DNA of 64,000 nucleotides from Simkaniaceae bacterium (GTDB lineage Bacteria; Chlamydiota; Chlamydiia; Chlamydiales; JACRBE01): NCBI GenBank assembly GCA_021734805.1, contig JAIPIG010000005.1, positions 29 to 64,028 of the forward strand, read 5' to 3'. Shown piece by piece: positions 63,509 to 64,000 of this stretch (position 1 is its first letter; each line of letters starts with the position of its first letter). The notes under the pieces were generated by a model. It saw only the letters and a program-made list of their open reading frames with translations, ran no database searches and was not told where the DNA came from. The position numbers and the translations under genes were made by a program.

Positions 63509-63873
63509 TATATACCGAAATAAATTGAAGAATTGGTTTTTATCTTCGCCGGCATCTTCGACTTTTTACCCTTAATTTTTTGACCTATCTTCAATAGGAT
63601 CAAAAAAATTAAGCCGGCTAAAGCCTGATAAAAACTCGAAGCGCCATCAACTCGACTTTGCAACTTTTTGGGCCCGCCTGCCTCGTCTATTTGCTCTCGG
63701 ACGCTCGACCGTAGGTCGAGCTAGGAGATTATTAAAACCGGGAAGGGGTAAAAAACCCCTTCCCGGTTTTAATAACTCCCCCGAAAACAAATATCTCGAG
63801 GCCTTCGGGTCCAAAAAGTTGCAAAGTCGAGATCAAAGCTAAAATCCCAATTCTTCAATTCATTTCGGTATAT
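63509..63873. mobile_element. MITE-like family A copy interrupted by a family B element
   Basis: Both A termini are present (tataccgaaataaattgaagaattgg ... ccaattcttcaattcatttcggtata). The interior is split at 63650/63832. Confidence 0.9.
63651..63831 (-). mobile_element. MITE-like family B copy inserted in family A, with 5-bp TSD atcaa
   Basis: Perfect 21-bp TIRs ctcgactttgcaactttttgg. Inverted relative to the 36064-36246 copy. atcaa occurs at 63646-63650 and 63832-63836, but only once at the intact site in 35437-35611. Confidence 0.9.
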
Positions 63874-63962
63874 TCTGCTTAAAGTTGTTTTTTTTGTTGA
63901 TTAAATTTAGGTATGCCTTGAATTTGAAATCATAATTCGCTAATATTGCGGACAAAAAATTT

Positions 63963-64000
63963 GGACTGATAGCTCAGTGGATAGAGCACCCGCCTTCTAA
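63963..64000 (+). tRNA. tRNA-Arg (anticodon UCU), 5' part only; truncated by the window end
   Basis: GGACTGATAGCTCAGTGGATAGAGCACCCGCCTTCTAA contains the acceptor and D arms, anticodon stem CCCGC and loop CTTCTAA. Confidence 0.7.

Noticed and set aside
7292-63873. Whether the repeated palindromic sequences (families A-D) could be a CRISPR array or REP-type clustered repeats.
   Set aside because: The copies are dispersed singly across about 56 kb. They are 75-210 bp long with terminal inverted repeats, and in three cases have target-site duplications. There is no regular repeat-spacer periodicity and no cas genes.

Overview
This window looks like a chromosomal segment from a member of the phylum Chlamydiae outside the Chlamydiaceae. 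That placement is an inference from gene content and from synteny with C. trachomatis blocks as I remember them: glyA-clpP-dapF, cdsD..cdsC, clpX-clpP-tig-SNF2-mreB-pckA and kdsA..lptB. I call about 55 protein genes, RNase P RNA, tRNA-Gly(GCC) and a tRNA-Arg(UCU) cut off by the window end. The core (17.4-35.0 kb, minus strand) is a type III secretion (T3SS) operon. In transcription order it holds sctD (two FHA domains), CdsE/F/G-like genes, a CT668-like gene with an inner-rod-like C-terminus, sctN, sctO and an inserted small secreted-protein gene. It continues with two tandem T3S4-domain (SctP-like) paralogs, sctQ, a Pkn5-like kinase and a 1754-aa secretin with about 14 tandem N-domain-like modules. 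A TPR lipoprotein gene overlaps the secretin stop codon. Next to it (35.1-46.4 kb) is an accessory locus bracketed by two direct copies of a MITE-like repeat. It encodes a class I chaperone, three small helical acidic proteins and three tandem paralogs with an EspA/SseB-like layout. These are followed by a 140-aa Q/N-rich protein, YopB/CopB-like and YopD/CopD-like translocators, and a 773-aa effector candidate. This sseA-B-C-D / espA-D-B-like order is not something I know from Chlamydiaceae, and it is my best candidate for an undescribed system. Intergenic regions carry four families of palindromic MITE-like elements, including a nested insertion with visible target-site duplications. I saw no rRNA, CRISPR array, transposase or prophage genes. 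All functional calls rest on motif recognition by eye, gene order and remembered family features. No database search or computation was possible, so homology-level claims need confirmation.
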